NCBI GenBank assembly: GCA_016714535.1
Contig: JADKDR010000001.1
Location: forward strand, 466,998-530,997
Source of the DNA: Bacteroidota bacterium
GTDB taxonomy: Bacteria; Bacteroidota; Bacteroidia; AKYH767-A; OLB10
DNA: 64,000 bases
Direction: 5' to 3'
In this document: one piece after another, positions 43,101 through 53,283 of the stretch
How positions within the stretch are numbered: position 1 is the stretch's first letter
How the letters are laid out: each line of letters starts with the position of its first letter
Made by a program: the position numbers and the translations under genes
Notes under the pieces: generated by a model
Seen by the model: the letters and a program-made list of their open reading frames with translations, nothing else
Databases searched by the model: none
Told to the model about the DNA's origin: nothing

Positions 43101-44196
43101 GACTGCACTTTGTCAGGATGTAAATTATAAGGCTACACTAACTGATAATAAAGGATGTACATTTGTAATAGACTCTGCGTTTTACTACAAACTAAGTTAC
43201 GATACAATATGGCCTGGCGATGCTGATAATAATGGCTTTGTTGACAATTATGATGTTGTACCCTTGCTACTGCAAGATGGCCGTACAGGAGCAACTCGCG
43301 TTGATACAACTATTGCTTGGCATCCCATCTTTCCGGCATATGATTGGAATGGGACTAAGCTTTACAACAATATAAATTGCAAACATATAGACACAGACGG
43401 AAATGGAATAATCAACATAAAAGACACTGCGGCTATCACTCTAAACTATGATGTTACAGGCAAGAAAAATTACAACCTGCAATTAAATCCGCAAGGGCCT
43501 GAGCTATATGTTACTGCCAATGCATCACAGTTTATGCCTGGCAATCAAGTGGTACTGAATTATTATGCAGGCACGCAATCAAACCCCTTTTATATTCTAC
43601 GCGCTTTTGCTGCACAGACATTTATTCCTAAAGAAGTTATTGAGCCCGGCACATTTAATTTAAGCTCACAAAATAATTTTTTAACAAACTTTTCTTTTGG
43701 GTATTTCTTTGTTAAATCAGATACTAATTTTCAAATAGATGTAGCTTTTGGTAATTATAAATATGGGTTTCCAAATGTTTATGGAGAACTATTTACCATT
43801 TCATTCGATGTTGCGAGCTCCCTATCGCAAGTAGTGAATTTTGCTCCAGCTATTAATAATTATACGGCTCATGTTTCAAATGAATTACAAATAGCATGCT
43901 CACAATCAATTACGCCACTTACCTTTTTGCCTGTAGGTATTTATGAAACACATTTGCAAGACAATATAATTATCTATCCTCATCCGGCTAAAAATGAAGT
44001 TTCAATCAGCTCTTCTAATGACATAATCAAAGCCATTAAGATTTATAACTCAAGCAGTAAAAATGTTTTCTCCGCAAATTCAAATTCGAATAGATTTACT
44101 ATCCAAACCGAAAATTTCCCAAACGGATATTATCAAATTCAGATACAACTCGGTAATGGAAACTATGCAAATAAAAAATTAATAATAATTCATTAA
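40146..44196 (+). CDS. Giant T9SS cargo paralog 3. The reading frame is broken by a +/-1 shift in an A7 tract (41703-41709).
   Basis: Track ORFs 40146..41717 and 41695..44196 overlap. Both paralogs 1 and 2 read through the equivalent position (YQWQLNxxxIPGA...NGxGxYQCxYNFG). Same domain order as paralogs 1 and 2. C-terminal IIIYPHPAKNEVSI...YYQIQIQLGNGNYANKKLIIIH. Confidence 0.6.
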
Positions 44197-44222
44197 GTAT
44201 AAACTCCAAATCTATTTTTAAT

Positions 44223-47200
44223 ATGCAATCGATAAAAAAAACAACCGCAATTTGCTTTCTGTTAATGATGCAAATAACATTGCATGGACAAGTAATTGTG
44301 AAGCAAGAATGCATAGGTGGCACTGGTCAAGAATCGAAACCAAGCATGGTATTATTGCCTTACGAATCGAAATTAGTTGGCAGTTCAACAAATTCTGGAA
44401 TTGGTGGCGATAAGTCGCAAAATTCTCGTGGTGGCTATGATTATTGGATTATAATGCTCGACTCAAATAATGTAAAAATTTGGGACAAAGGTTACGGTGG
44501 CTCTGCAGACGATATTCTGATAGAAGTTATTTCTGTATCAGGAGGAGGATTTTTATTAGCCGGCCACTCAAAAAGCGACAGCAGCTTTGATAAAAACGAA
44601 CACAACTATGGCTCAATAAATTCTAATGACTTTTGGATTATTAGAATAGATGATGCCGGAAATATACTTTGGCAAAAGACAATAGGCGGCTCATCAAATG
44701 AAGAATTAGCAAATGTAATTCAAACATCTGACGGAGGTTTTTTGATAGGTGGAATTTCTGACTCGCCAATCTCTGGTTTAAAAACGGAAGCCAATATTGG
44801 TTGGTTCGATTTGTGGTTGGTAAAATTAGATGCCAATGGGAATTTAATTTGGGAAAATACCATTGGTGGGTCAGGAAATGAATTGTGTGCCAAGATGCAT
44901 CAGCTGCCCAATGGCAACATCATTATTGCATCTAGCAGTACAAGCGGAGTGAGTGGAGACAAAACAAGCACAAATAAAGGAAGTTATGATTTTTGGCTTT
45001 TGCAAATTGATAACGGTGGCAATATACTTTCTCAATTTAGCATTGGAGGCAACAGCAGTGACTATTGTAAAAAGGCAGCTCCATCAACTGATGGAAGCAT
45101 AATTGTTGCCGGATATTCTGCATCAGGCGCTGGCTTTGACAAAACCCATGCTTCAAAAGGAGCCAATGATTATTGGATAATGAAAACAGACACCATGCTC
45201 AACATTATCTGGCAAAAAACAATTGGAGGCAATGCCGATGATAATCTTGTAGACTTTTCAGAAAAAATCAATAATGAAATTGTCCTTCTTGGTTCATCAT
45301 TTTCAAATGTAGGTGGTGATAAAAAGAAAAATTGTCGCGGTTTCTCAGACTTTTGGATTGTAGGTCTTGATGCTTCGGGAAATATTAATTATGAAAACAC
45401 AATAGGCGGAACCCAGGCAGATATCCCTACTGCAATTTCTTGCTTCGGAAAATACCAAATGATGTTTGTAGGGCAATCAGCCTCAAATGCAGGTTTTGAA
45501 AAAAAATGTGTTTCGAGCAATACTGATATTTGGCTATGCAACGCTTCCGACAAATATTATACGTTTAGAGGAAATTTATTTTATGATTTAAACCAAGATG
45601 GAATTAAAAATGGAAATGATGTTTTTGCAGCAAATCGCAATGTTTTCCTTTCTGATTACTCACAATTTGTACTAACAAATTCAATCGGCAATTATGAAAT
45701 AACGGTAATTGATTCAGGCCAATACATATTGAAGCCAGAGATTGTCAACTTGTGGACTTCGCATCCAGATTCAATTTCCATCTCCACCGATTCTAATAGA
45801 ATATATAACCTAAGTCCTTTTTATTATGATACGGATACACAATTAATTGATTTAAGAATTACGATTACGCCTACTTCCGCATTTCGTCCCGGCTTCGATG
45901 CCAGTTATACTATTACCTATGAAAATATCGGAAATACTGCTATTGCCCCTACAATTATTTTTTATCCACATAATTCCGTTACGTTTTTAGCTGCAAGTCA
46001 AACTCCAAGTTCAATTTATAGTGATTCAGTAATTTGGTCACTGGGTATATTGCCTGTGTTTGGGAAAGGAACTATTTCGATAAGTGTTAATGTTGGCTTA
46101 GTCCAAATTGGTTCTTTATTAAATTCGTCTTGTAAAATAGATCCCATGAGTCAAGATTATTTTACATCTAATAATACGCATGCATGGGAAGTTATTGTAA
46201 CAGGCTCATACGATCCCAATGATATAAGTGTAAATATTGATACAATATTCACAACTCAGCTTAATGATCCTCCATTTTTATATTATCATATCAATTTTCA
46301 AAACACTGGAAATGATACAGCCTTCAATATACGTGTAGTTAATCCGATAGACACAGCAATTCTTGATCTCACATCTTTTGAATTAATTGCCAATTCACAC
46401 CCCATAGATGCTACGTTTAAGGCAAGCACTCAATTTATGGAATTTCAATTCGACAATATATTACTTCCAGATAGCAATATTGATGAACAGAACAGCCATG
46501 GGTATGTTACGTATAGAATAAAACCAAAGGAATCTACCAAAGATGGAAGTATTATACATAGTGTAGCAAGCATATATTTTGATTTTAATGCTGCGGTAGT
46601 AACCAATACTGCCACTACCTATTTTAAAATGCCTGAAAATTTCTTTGGAACTAATATTTCGGGGGCAATTAATGTTTGCCTTGATACCAGTTTAATATTT
46701 AACTATAAAACAGACGCAAATGCCGGCTCCCTTTATCAATGGATTATACCAGATGCTTTTATTATTGGTGATTCTACCTTAAATAATATTGATATAAAAT
46801 GGCAAAGTGCAGGATTGAAGCAAATGATATTAATAGAATGCGACAGCAATAATTTCGTTTGTGACACCGATATGATTTTGGTAAATGTGTATCCCACACA
46901 ATTACTCATAACTAACAGTGTAATTTGTAATGGCGACAGCGTTTTACTTGGTACCTCCTGGCAATCGCAAGCAGGCATATATTATGATACCCTGGCAACA
47001 TACTATGGTTGCGATTCTATTCTAAAAAACATATTAGCAGTTAATCAAACCTTCAATTCAATCCTATCTTATAACCTATGTATGGGCGATAGCATTTATG
47101 CTGGCGGGCAATGGCAAATAACTAACGGAACTTATTTTGACAACTATACATCTCAAAATGGCTGCGATAGTTTGGTGACAACAAATGTACTTTTCCACCC

Positions 47201-47615
47201 AACGTATATGGTATATGATACATTACAAATTGCAGTTGGCGACAGTGTTTTTCTATTTGGAAACTGGCAATCAACTACTGGAGTCTATTCAGGAAATTTA
47301 GTTTCAGTATATGGCTGCGACAGCATTATGAATACCTACTTAAGTGTAGTAACTGCGCTAACCAATACAATCAAACGTTTTGATTTCAAAATATTTCCGA
47401 ATCCCGTCACGGATGAGTTATGCATTCAATTCAATATGATTTCTATGCCATTGTCAAGGGCAACTATCTATACGGAGTCTGGGGTGCAGGTTTCTTCATT
47501 TGCATTTGATAAAGAACTTATTTGCTATGATACTTCCGTTTTGCAATCAGGAAATTATCTTGTCGAAATCAAGAATGGGAATAGAAAAATGATAAAAAAG
47601 TTTATTAAAAAGTAA
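44223..47615 (+). CDS. Giant T9SS cargo protein 4 (1130 aa): about seven SBBP-like beta-propeller repeats, DUF11/CARDB-like repeat domains, cysteine-containing C-terminal repeats, type-A C-terminal domain.
   Basis: Signal peptide MQSIKKTTAICFLLMMQITLHGQ. Repeats of about 50 aa (GGSxxDxxxxVxxTSDGGFLxxGxSxSxxSGxKT...DxWLVKLDxNGNLIW). C-terminal KIFPNPVTDELCIQF...YLVEIKNGNRKMIKKFIKK. Confidence 0.7.
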   Translation: MQSIKKTTAICFLLMMQITLHGQVIVKQECIGGTGQESKPSMVLLPYESKLVGSSTNSGIGGDKSQNSRGGYDYWIIMLDSNNVKIWDKGYGGSADDILIEVISVSGGGFLLAGHSKSDSSFDKNEHNYGSINSNDFWIIRIDDAGNILWQKTIGGSSNEELANVIQTSDGGFLIGGISDSPISGLKTEANIGWFDLWLVKLDANGNLIWENTIGGSGNELCAKMHQLPNGNIIIASSSTSGVSGDKTSTNKGSYDFWLLQIDNGGNILSQFSIGGNSSDYCKKAAPSTDGSIIVAGYSASGAGFDKTHASKGANDYWIMKTDTMLNIIWQKTIGGNADDNLVDFSEKINNEIVLLGSSFSNVGGDKKKNCRGFSDFWIVGLDASGNINYENTIGGTQADIPTAISCFGKYQMMFVGQSASNAGFEKKCVSSNTDIWLCNASDKYYTFRGNLFYDLNQDGIKNGNDVFAANRNVFLSDYSQFVLTNSIGNYEITVIDSGQYILKPEIVNLWTSHPDSISISTDSNRIYNLSPFYYDTDTQLIDLRITITPTSAFRPGFDASYTITYENIGNTAIAPTIIFYPHNSVTFLAASQTPSSIYSDSVIWSLGILPVFGKGTISISVNVGLVQIGSLLNSSCKIDPMSQDYFTSNNTHAWEVIVTGSYDPNDISVNIDTIFTTQLNDPPFLYYHINFQNTGNDTAFNIRVVNPIDTAILDLTSFELIANSHPIDATFKASTQFMEFQFDNILLPDSNIDEQNSHGYVTYRIKPKESTKDGSIIHSVASIYFDFNAAVVTNTATTYFKMPENFFGTNISGAINVCLDTSLIFNYKTDANAGSLYQWIIPDAFIIGDSTLNNIDIKWQSAGLKQMILIECDSNNFVCDTDMILVNVYPTQLLITNSVICNGDSVLLGTSWQSQAGIYYDTLATYYGCDSILKNILAVNQTFNSILSYNLCMGDSIYAGGQWQITNGTYFDNYTSQNGCDSLVTTNVLFHPTYMVYDTLQIAVGDSVFLFGNWQSTTGVYSGNLVSVYGCDSIMNTYLSVVTALTNTIKRFDFKIFPNPVTDELCIQFNMISMPLSRATIYTESGVQVSSFAFDKELICYDTSVLQSGNYLVEIKNGNRKMIKKFIKK

Positions 47616-47865
47616 GTGGCAATTATATTTTAACTAAGTATCCCGCGTTTGGCGTAGTCTCCGACTACGTCTTTCTATAATACAATTTCCCATTGTGTTA
47701 GACAATTTAATTTCTCAGTTTAGCTTTGCCCTTTGTTAGTCTTTACTCATTTTTTTTGCAAATAAATAAATCGGAGATTTAATTAAATTGGGGGGTAGTC
47801 AGAGATTACGCCAAAATGAAGATGCAGATAATTAATTCATATCGTAAAAAAAAATGTGGTGCCCT

Positions 47866-48627
47866 TTATATTTTCTCCAAGGCCTTCTCGTCTATCCAAC
47901 CCTCATTGCCGTTTGCAATGCGAATTTTTTTCCATCCCTTTAATTCATCGAGGATAGTAACCTTGGTACCATCGTGTAACATAAATAGGTTTGCGCCTTT
48001 ATCGTCAGGCGAACTTTTCACATATGGATTGGTTGCAAAAATGATGGCCTCGGGAGTATCGTTCAGAATTTTGCTTTGTGAAGAGGCAACATACCAAAAC
48101 GTGAGTGTAAGCACCAGGCAAATTAACGATGCAAAAAACGAAAACTGCCTCAATCCATATTTGATTGAAAACAAATAAACGATGAAAAAAATAAGCGTAA
48201 GCCAAAGACATATAATAACGGTATAGCTGCGTATGTTAAGCGATGTACCTGCAATAAATCCATACCACCACTTTTGATAAAACACCTGAGGCACCGGTTC
48301 TATCTTATCTACTGTTTGCAAATTTGCTAAACGCAAATTGTAAATAACATCCTCATCAGCAGGATTAATTCTTAAAGCGCGCTCAAAGTTTAAAATCGAC
48401 TTAGCTATTTCGCCTGATTTGTAATAAGCATTTCCTAGATTATAATATAAAGCAGCATTAGCCGGGCTTTGCTTTATCATTTGCTCATATGCAATGGCAG
48501 CCTTTTCAAAATCGCCATTCTTATAAAACAATGCAGCATCGTTTTCTTTATTTGCCATGGCAAATAGAAAACTTAGCTGCATGCCAAGTAAGAGCACTAT
48601 GTTATGCTTTCGAAATTTCATTTTCAA
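47866..48627 (-). CDS. batE: BatE-like protein (TPR repeats, TM segment, SH3-like domain).
   Basis: 253 aa. TPR region (ALYYNLGNAYYKSGEIAKSILNFERAL), a central TM, and a C-terminal SH3b-like segment (GTKVTILDELKGWKKIRIANGNEGWI). Last gene of the Bat operon. Confidence 0.65.
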   Translation of the reverse strand: MKMKFRKHNIVLLLGMQLSFLFAMANKENDAALFYKNGDFEKAAIAYEQMIKQSPANAALYYNLGNAYYKSGEIAKSILNFERALRINPADEDVIYNLRLANLQTVDKIEPVPQVFYQKWWYGFIAGTSLNIRSYTVIICLWLTLIFFIVYLFSIKYGLRQFSFFASLICLVLTLTFWYVASSQSKILNDTPEAIIFATNPYVKSSPDDKGANLFMLHDGTKVTILDELKGWKKIRIANGNEGWIDEKALEKI

Positions 48628-50463
48628 TTTGAGTAATCACCTTTACCGCATTTTCGTATACGAGCTTTGTTTCGGTAGCAGCATTTGGAGCAAAGCGCGC
48701 AAACTCGCATTTATCAAGCGTTTGGGTAAGCATGGCAATGGTTTCGGACTGCACTTGCTTTGCCTGCAATTTTTCGGTTGCGTTCTCTTTACTAAAATCA
48801 CTTAGGGGCAAAGTAATTTTATCGCTTACATATCCTATCAGTGCTTTATATGTTTCATCATAAAACTCGTTAGTTTTATTTTCATTTTGAAACTTGCTGG
48901 CTAGTGCTAATTTTTTTGAAGCAATGCGTCCGGCACCCCGGCTTTTTGCTAAGGCAACATTACCTTGCAATTCGCTTAGTCGCGACTTATAAGCTATAGC
49001 TCCTGCCCCTAACAGCAACGGCAATAATAGCAGCGAATAAAATTTCCATGTACCATAAAAGTCGTTGCCTCCGGCCGATTGCAAAGCCTCACCGGTTTTA
49101 TATAACGTATATCCTTACTTATTACAGCTACATCTGTTTTGTTGGCTCCGGCATTTTCTATCACCGTTGCATTATTGCCATCGCCCTTGGCCACTTTAAT
49201 GGTGAAGGGGCCTTTGGCCACTTCCTTATATGTTTTTGTTTCGAGGTCGAAGTAGGAAAATCGCAATGCATCAATGGTGTATTCCCCTTCATGTCGGGGT
49301 ATAAGCAGATATTCAAATGTTTTGTTTCCACTTGTTCCGCTTTCAGAAACATTGATGTTATCATCCACCTTGGGGTCATAAGTTTCTATATCTCCCGGCA
49401 CACTTATTTTTGGGGCTTCAACTAATTTCAAATTTCCCTTACCACTAACTTTTACTTTTAAGGTAACCGCTTCGTTGGCTTTGGTTTCGCCCTTGTCAAG
49501 TTGTGCATCAAACTGCAGTCGGCCTACAGCTCCATTAAATGATGCAGGTGCATTTGCCGGCAAGTCTTTTACATTTATCTTAAAAGCATCGCTGCGTATC
49601 TCAACTTTTTGATTTTGATATCCTCCTCCAAAAAAAGGATCATTAAAAATATCAAATGGATCGTTCGGATTACGATTGCGTTTTACCTGCACCTGCGCAA
49701 TAGCCTCGCCCTTCATAGGGTCTATGGTGATGGTACCACTTTGCTGTGGGAATAAAATAAATTTCTTAACTACCAATGTTGCGTAACGCGTCCCATTATA
49801 ATTCTCGTAAGTAGCAGGTGTGTTTTCGGGCACATTAATTTCTGAACTCCAAAATCCATTAAAGGATGGCAGATCGGAAATCATGGGACTAGACAAGGCA
49901 ACACTAGTATATAGTTTATAGGTAATAAGTACTCCCTCGCCTATATATAGATTACTTTTATCTATGGAGGCACGTATAAATACTTGTTTATTGGAAGTTG
50001 CCGATGTAGCATTATTAGCTCCATTGTTTACTCCCGGATTTTGCGATTGTGCCTGATTAGATGCCTGACCTTTGGTGCAGGTCATCGTGATTGCGTTACT
50101 GGTATATGTTTTGCCATCAATATTCACACTGGCACTTCCTATTTTCAATGAGCCTTCCTTTAATGGAGTTAGGTAGTAGCTGTATGATGAGGATACGGTA
50201 GTACGCCCGTTTACCATGGTAAAATTATTGCTTTGAAAAGGTCCGCCAATTACCTGAAAATCTTTAAAGTCAGGCTGCTTAAAGGCATTGCCATTTCCTC
50301 CTTCAATGGTAAAAGTTATTTGAAAACGGTCGCCAACGGCAACCTGATTTCTGTTAACGGTAGCTGTAAACGATTGTGCTCCAACAAACTGATAAAAGAA
50401 TAACATCGCCCCACAAAGGATTATGGAATGAGTCAGTAGTCTTTTTATGTTTTCCATTACCAT
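48602..50463 (-). CDS. batD: BatD-like protein. The reading frame is interrupted by an apparent 1 nt indel in a T4/A4 run at 49096-49099.
   Basis: Track ORFs 49009..50463 and 48602..49084 overlap. Adding one A gives the continuous read ...DIRYIKTGEALQSAGGNDFYGTWKFYSLLLLPLLLGAG, which is a typical BatD C-terminal TM helix. N-terminal signal peptide present. Confidence 0.6.
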
Positions 50464-50466
50464 GGG

Positions 50467-51216
50467 TTACCAGTTTTTGCTTATTGATGTTCTTACTGCT
50501 TCCTTCTTTTGCATTTTCTTTTGCAAATCCTTTTCATCATCTTTCAGTGCCTGCAGCATTCGCTCAGCATCTTCTTTAGATATTTTTGGCTTTTGCTGCT
50601 CTTGCTGTTTTTGTTGTTCCTTTTGTTGTTCTTTATTTTGTGCCTGCTGTTCTTGCTGTTGTTGTTGATCTTTTTGATCCTGCTTTTGATCCTGCTTTTG
50701 ATCCTGCTTCTGTTCTTGTTTCTGGTCCTGCTTATTCTTGTCGTTCTTATTTTGTTGTTGCTGTTGTTGCTGCTGTTGTTGCAGTTTGCTCATGGCATAG
50801 GCCAGGTTGTAACGCGTTTGTTCATCCTTCGGATTGAGACGCAACGATTCTTTTAACGCACTTACACTCTCTTCATACTTTTCCTGTTGCATCAACGAAT
50901 TTCCCATATTGTGATACGCCTTCGCTTTTACATCCTTAGGTGCTTTGCTATTAATGGTACTTTGAAATTGACTACTCGCCTCATCAAACTTCTTTTGCTT
51001 GTACAAGGCATTGCCAAGGTTATAGGTACCTGCCGATGAACCACTATTGGCATCCAGGGCCTTGCGATATTGTGTTTCGGCCTCGTTGTATTTTTTGCTG
51101 TTATACAACTCATTCCCTTTGCGCACATTCTTTTTTTCTTCCGTAGTTTGTTGCGCAATCAATTTCATGCCTGCAAGCAGGCATGTCAACATTAGTATAT
51201 ACTTTCCCAATTTCAT
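50467..51216 (-). CDS. batC: BatC-like TPR protein with a Gln/Lys-rich low-complexity C-terminal region.
   Basis: 249 aa. Signal/TM at the N-terminus, TPR repeats, then QQQQQQQQNKNDKNKQDQKQEQKQDQKQDQKQDQKDQQQQQEQQAQNKEQQKEQQKQQEQQKPK. Confidence 0.7.
   Translation of the reverse strand: MKLGKYILMLTCLLAGMKLIAQQTTEEKKNVRKGNELYNSKKYNEAETQYRKALDANSGSSAGTYNLGNALYKQKKFDEASSQFQSTINSKAPKDVKAKAYHNMGNSLMQQEKYEESVSALKESLRLNPKDEQTRYNLAYAMSKLQQQQQQQQQQNKNDKNKQDQKQEQKQDQKQDQKQDQKDQQQQQEQQAQNKEQQKEQQKQQEQQKPKISKEDAERMLQALKDDEKDLQKKMQKKEAVRTSISKNW
50640..50790. repeat. Coding tandem repeat (12 nt period tcctgcttttga x ~5, plus a CAG/CAA-type tract) inside batC.
   Basis: Seen directly on the plus strand (ctgcttttgatc ctgcttttgatc ctgcttctgttc ttgtttctggtc...), followed by ttgttgctgttgttgctgctgttgttgc. 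Confidence 0.5.
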
Positions 51217-52271
51217 TTTACGCTTGTTTTTTTATCACCAAACAAATTCAAACTTTCTATCCATTTACTTTTGGTTTCGCTCAATATAAATTCAAGAATC
51301 AAAAATAACAATCCAAGGCCAAGAAACCACTGAAACTGATCTTCATAATCTGTAAATAATTGTGAAGAGAATTCGCGGTCGGTAAGTTTGCTTAACTCTT
51401 TAAATACTATGGCTAAACCATCATCACTGGTAGAGGCGCGAATAAATTTTCCTTTGCCCGCATCGGCTATCTGCATCAGGTTATTCTCATCTAGTTTAGT
51501 CATAATAGTTTGCCCGCTTTCGTCTTGCATAAAACCAACACGCTGACCATACTGCATAATTGGGATTGGTGCGCCACTTGCAGAGCCCATGCCTATGGTA
51601 TGCACTACAATGCCTTTTTCGGCTGCCTCTTTTGCTGCTTCTATAGCATCGTCTTCGTGATTCTCGCCATCAGTAATTACAACAATGGCTGCATTATGCC
51701 TGCGTATACTATCACCAAACGATTGCACGGCCAGCTCAATGGCGCTGCCAATGGCAGTACCCTGCGTAGGTACCATATCTGTATTTATAGTTGAGACCAT
51801 CAACTTGGCAGCACCATAATCTGTAGTTATGGGAAGTTGGGTGTAGGATTGCCCTGCAAATACGATGATACCTAAACGGTCGCCATCCAGTTTATCTATC
51901 AGGCGGAACAATGCCTGCTTGCTGCGCTCGATACGCGAAGGCTTTAAATCTTCAGCATTCATAGAGTTGGATACATCCAGACAAACAACCAGATCAACAC
52001 CCTTTCGTTTTACCTCTTCCAGTTTACTTCCAAGTTGAGGTCCAATTATAGCAGTAATAATGAAAAGCATTGCAATCGTAATTAAAACAAATTTACTTAT
52101 CAACTTAGCGTTGGACACGGTAGCAAACAAAGGCTGTATCACTTGCCTCTCGCCAAACCTACGCAATGCATTTTTTCGCCATTGATAAAACAATAGAAAA
52201 AGCACTATCATAACCGGAATGGCAAGATATGCGTATATCCATACTTCGTGTGCTATTCTAAACTCTTTCAT
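51213..52271 (-). CDS. batB: BatB-like von Willebrand factor A domain protein.
   Basis: 352 aa with N-terminal TMs and a VWA domain (DLVVCLDVSNSMNAED, MIDAS-like). Confidence 0.8.
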   Translation of the reverse strand: MKEFRIAHEVWIYAYLAIPVMIVLFLLFYQWRKNALRRFGERQVIQPLFATVSNAKLISKFVLITIAMLFIITAIIGPQLGSKLEEVKRKGVDLVVCLDVSNSMNAEDLKPSRIERSKQALFRLIDKLDGDRLGIIVFAGQSYTQLPITTDYGAAKLMVSTINTDMVPTQGTAIGSAIELAVQSFGDSIRRHNAAIVVITDGENHEDDAIEAAKEAAEKGIVVHTIGMGSASGAPIPIMQYGQRVGFMQDESGQTIMTKLDENNLMQIADAGKGKFIRASTSDDGLAIVFKELSKLTDREFSSQLFTDYEDQFQWFLGLGLLFLILEFILSETKSKWIESLNLFGDKKTSVK

Positions 52272-52275
52272 TCGC

Positions 52276-53283
52276 TTATGGCAATGATTTCAATATTAAA
52301 TACTTTAATAAAAACTCAAGTAACAATAAAAAAGCAGCAGCAACTGCAAAGGGCAAATATTCTTCGGTATACCTTCTGAACTCAGTTACATTGATCTTTG
52401 TTTTTTCCATCTTATCAATTTCTGCATAAATCTCCTGCAACTTTTTCTTATTGGTAGCTCTAAAATATTTTCCATCTGTTTGTTTGCTTATTGCTTGTAA
52501 CACATCCTCGTCAATTTCGACCGGAATGTTCTGATATTGAATTCCAAAAGGCGTGCGCATGGGATAAGGTGCAAAACCCTTGGTACCAACACCAATGGTA
52601 TATACACGTACTCCAAATGTTTTTGCAATTTCTCCCGCCATAGCTGGTGCTATGCTGCCGGCATTGTTCTGCCCATCGGTAAGAAGTATAACTACTTTAC
52701 TTTTTGTTTTAGCATCTTTCACTCGCGCAACAGCGGTAGCAAGACCTTCGCCAATAGCTGTTTGTGGTGTAGGAATAAGATCGCTGTTAAGCTTGCTTAA
52801 CAGGTTAACCAATACCGAATGATCGGTTGTTATAGGGCATGAGGTAAAACTTTCGCCTTTAAAAATCACTAAACCAATCTGATCGGTGGCACGGCCTTTT
52901 ACAAAATCTATTGCTACTGACTTAGCAGCTTCTATACGATTTGGTTTAAAATCTTCGGCTAACATAGACTCACTAATATCCAGTGCCATTACAATTGAAA
53001 TGCCTTCGCTACTTACATTGCGGCCCTTGCTGCTTGATTGTGGTCGTGCCAAACCAAGTATAATGGCGCTTACTGCTAATAAGCGCAGCACCAATGGCAT
53101 ATTTACCAGCCGTTGCTTTAGGGTTGGTTTAAAAAATTGGAAGGGGGCGGTCTGACTGAAATTTATGGTTGCTTTTTTTTTGCGAAGCACAAAAAAATAC
53201 CAGGCTAACATGATGGGCAACGTCAGGAACAACCATAAAAAATGTGGTTGCGAAAATCGTATATCGTTATACCATTCTATCAT
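52276..53283 (-). CDS. batA: BatA-like von Willebrand factor A domain protein.
   Basis: 335 aa with N-terminal TMs and a VWA domain (ISIVMALDISESMLAEDFKPNRIEAAK). Confidence 0.8.
   Translation of the reverse strand: MIEWYNDIRFSQPHFLWLFLTLPIMLAWYFFVLRKKKATINFSQTAPFQFFKPTLKQRLVNMPLVLRLLAVSAIILGLARPQSSSKGRNVSSEGISIVMALDISESMLAEDFKPNRIEAAKSVAIDFVKGRATDQIGLVIFKGESFTSCPITTDHSVLVNLLSKLNSDLIPTPQTAIGEGLATAVARVKDAKTKSKVVILLTDGQNNAGSIAPAMAGEIAKTFGVRVYTIGVGTKGFAPYPMRTPFGIQYQNIPVEIDEDVLQAISKQTDGKYFRATNKKKLQEIYAEIDKMEKTKINVTEFRRYTEEYLPFAVAAAFLLLLEFLLKYLILKSLP

Noticed and set aside
50447-50856. Leu-rich and Cys-rich plus-strand ORFs (50509..50856, 50447..50668, 50586..50837).
   Set aside because: They are antisense or out-of-frame readings of the batC Gln/Lys repeat tract. 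This is a repeat artefact.
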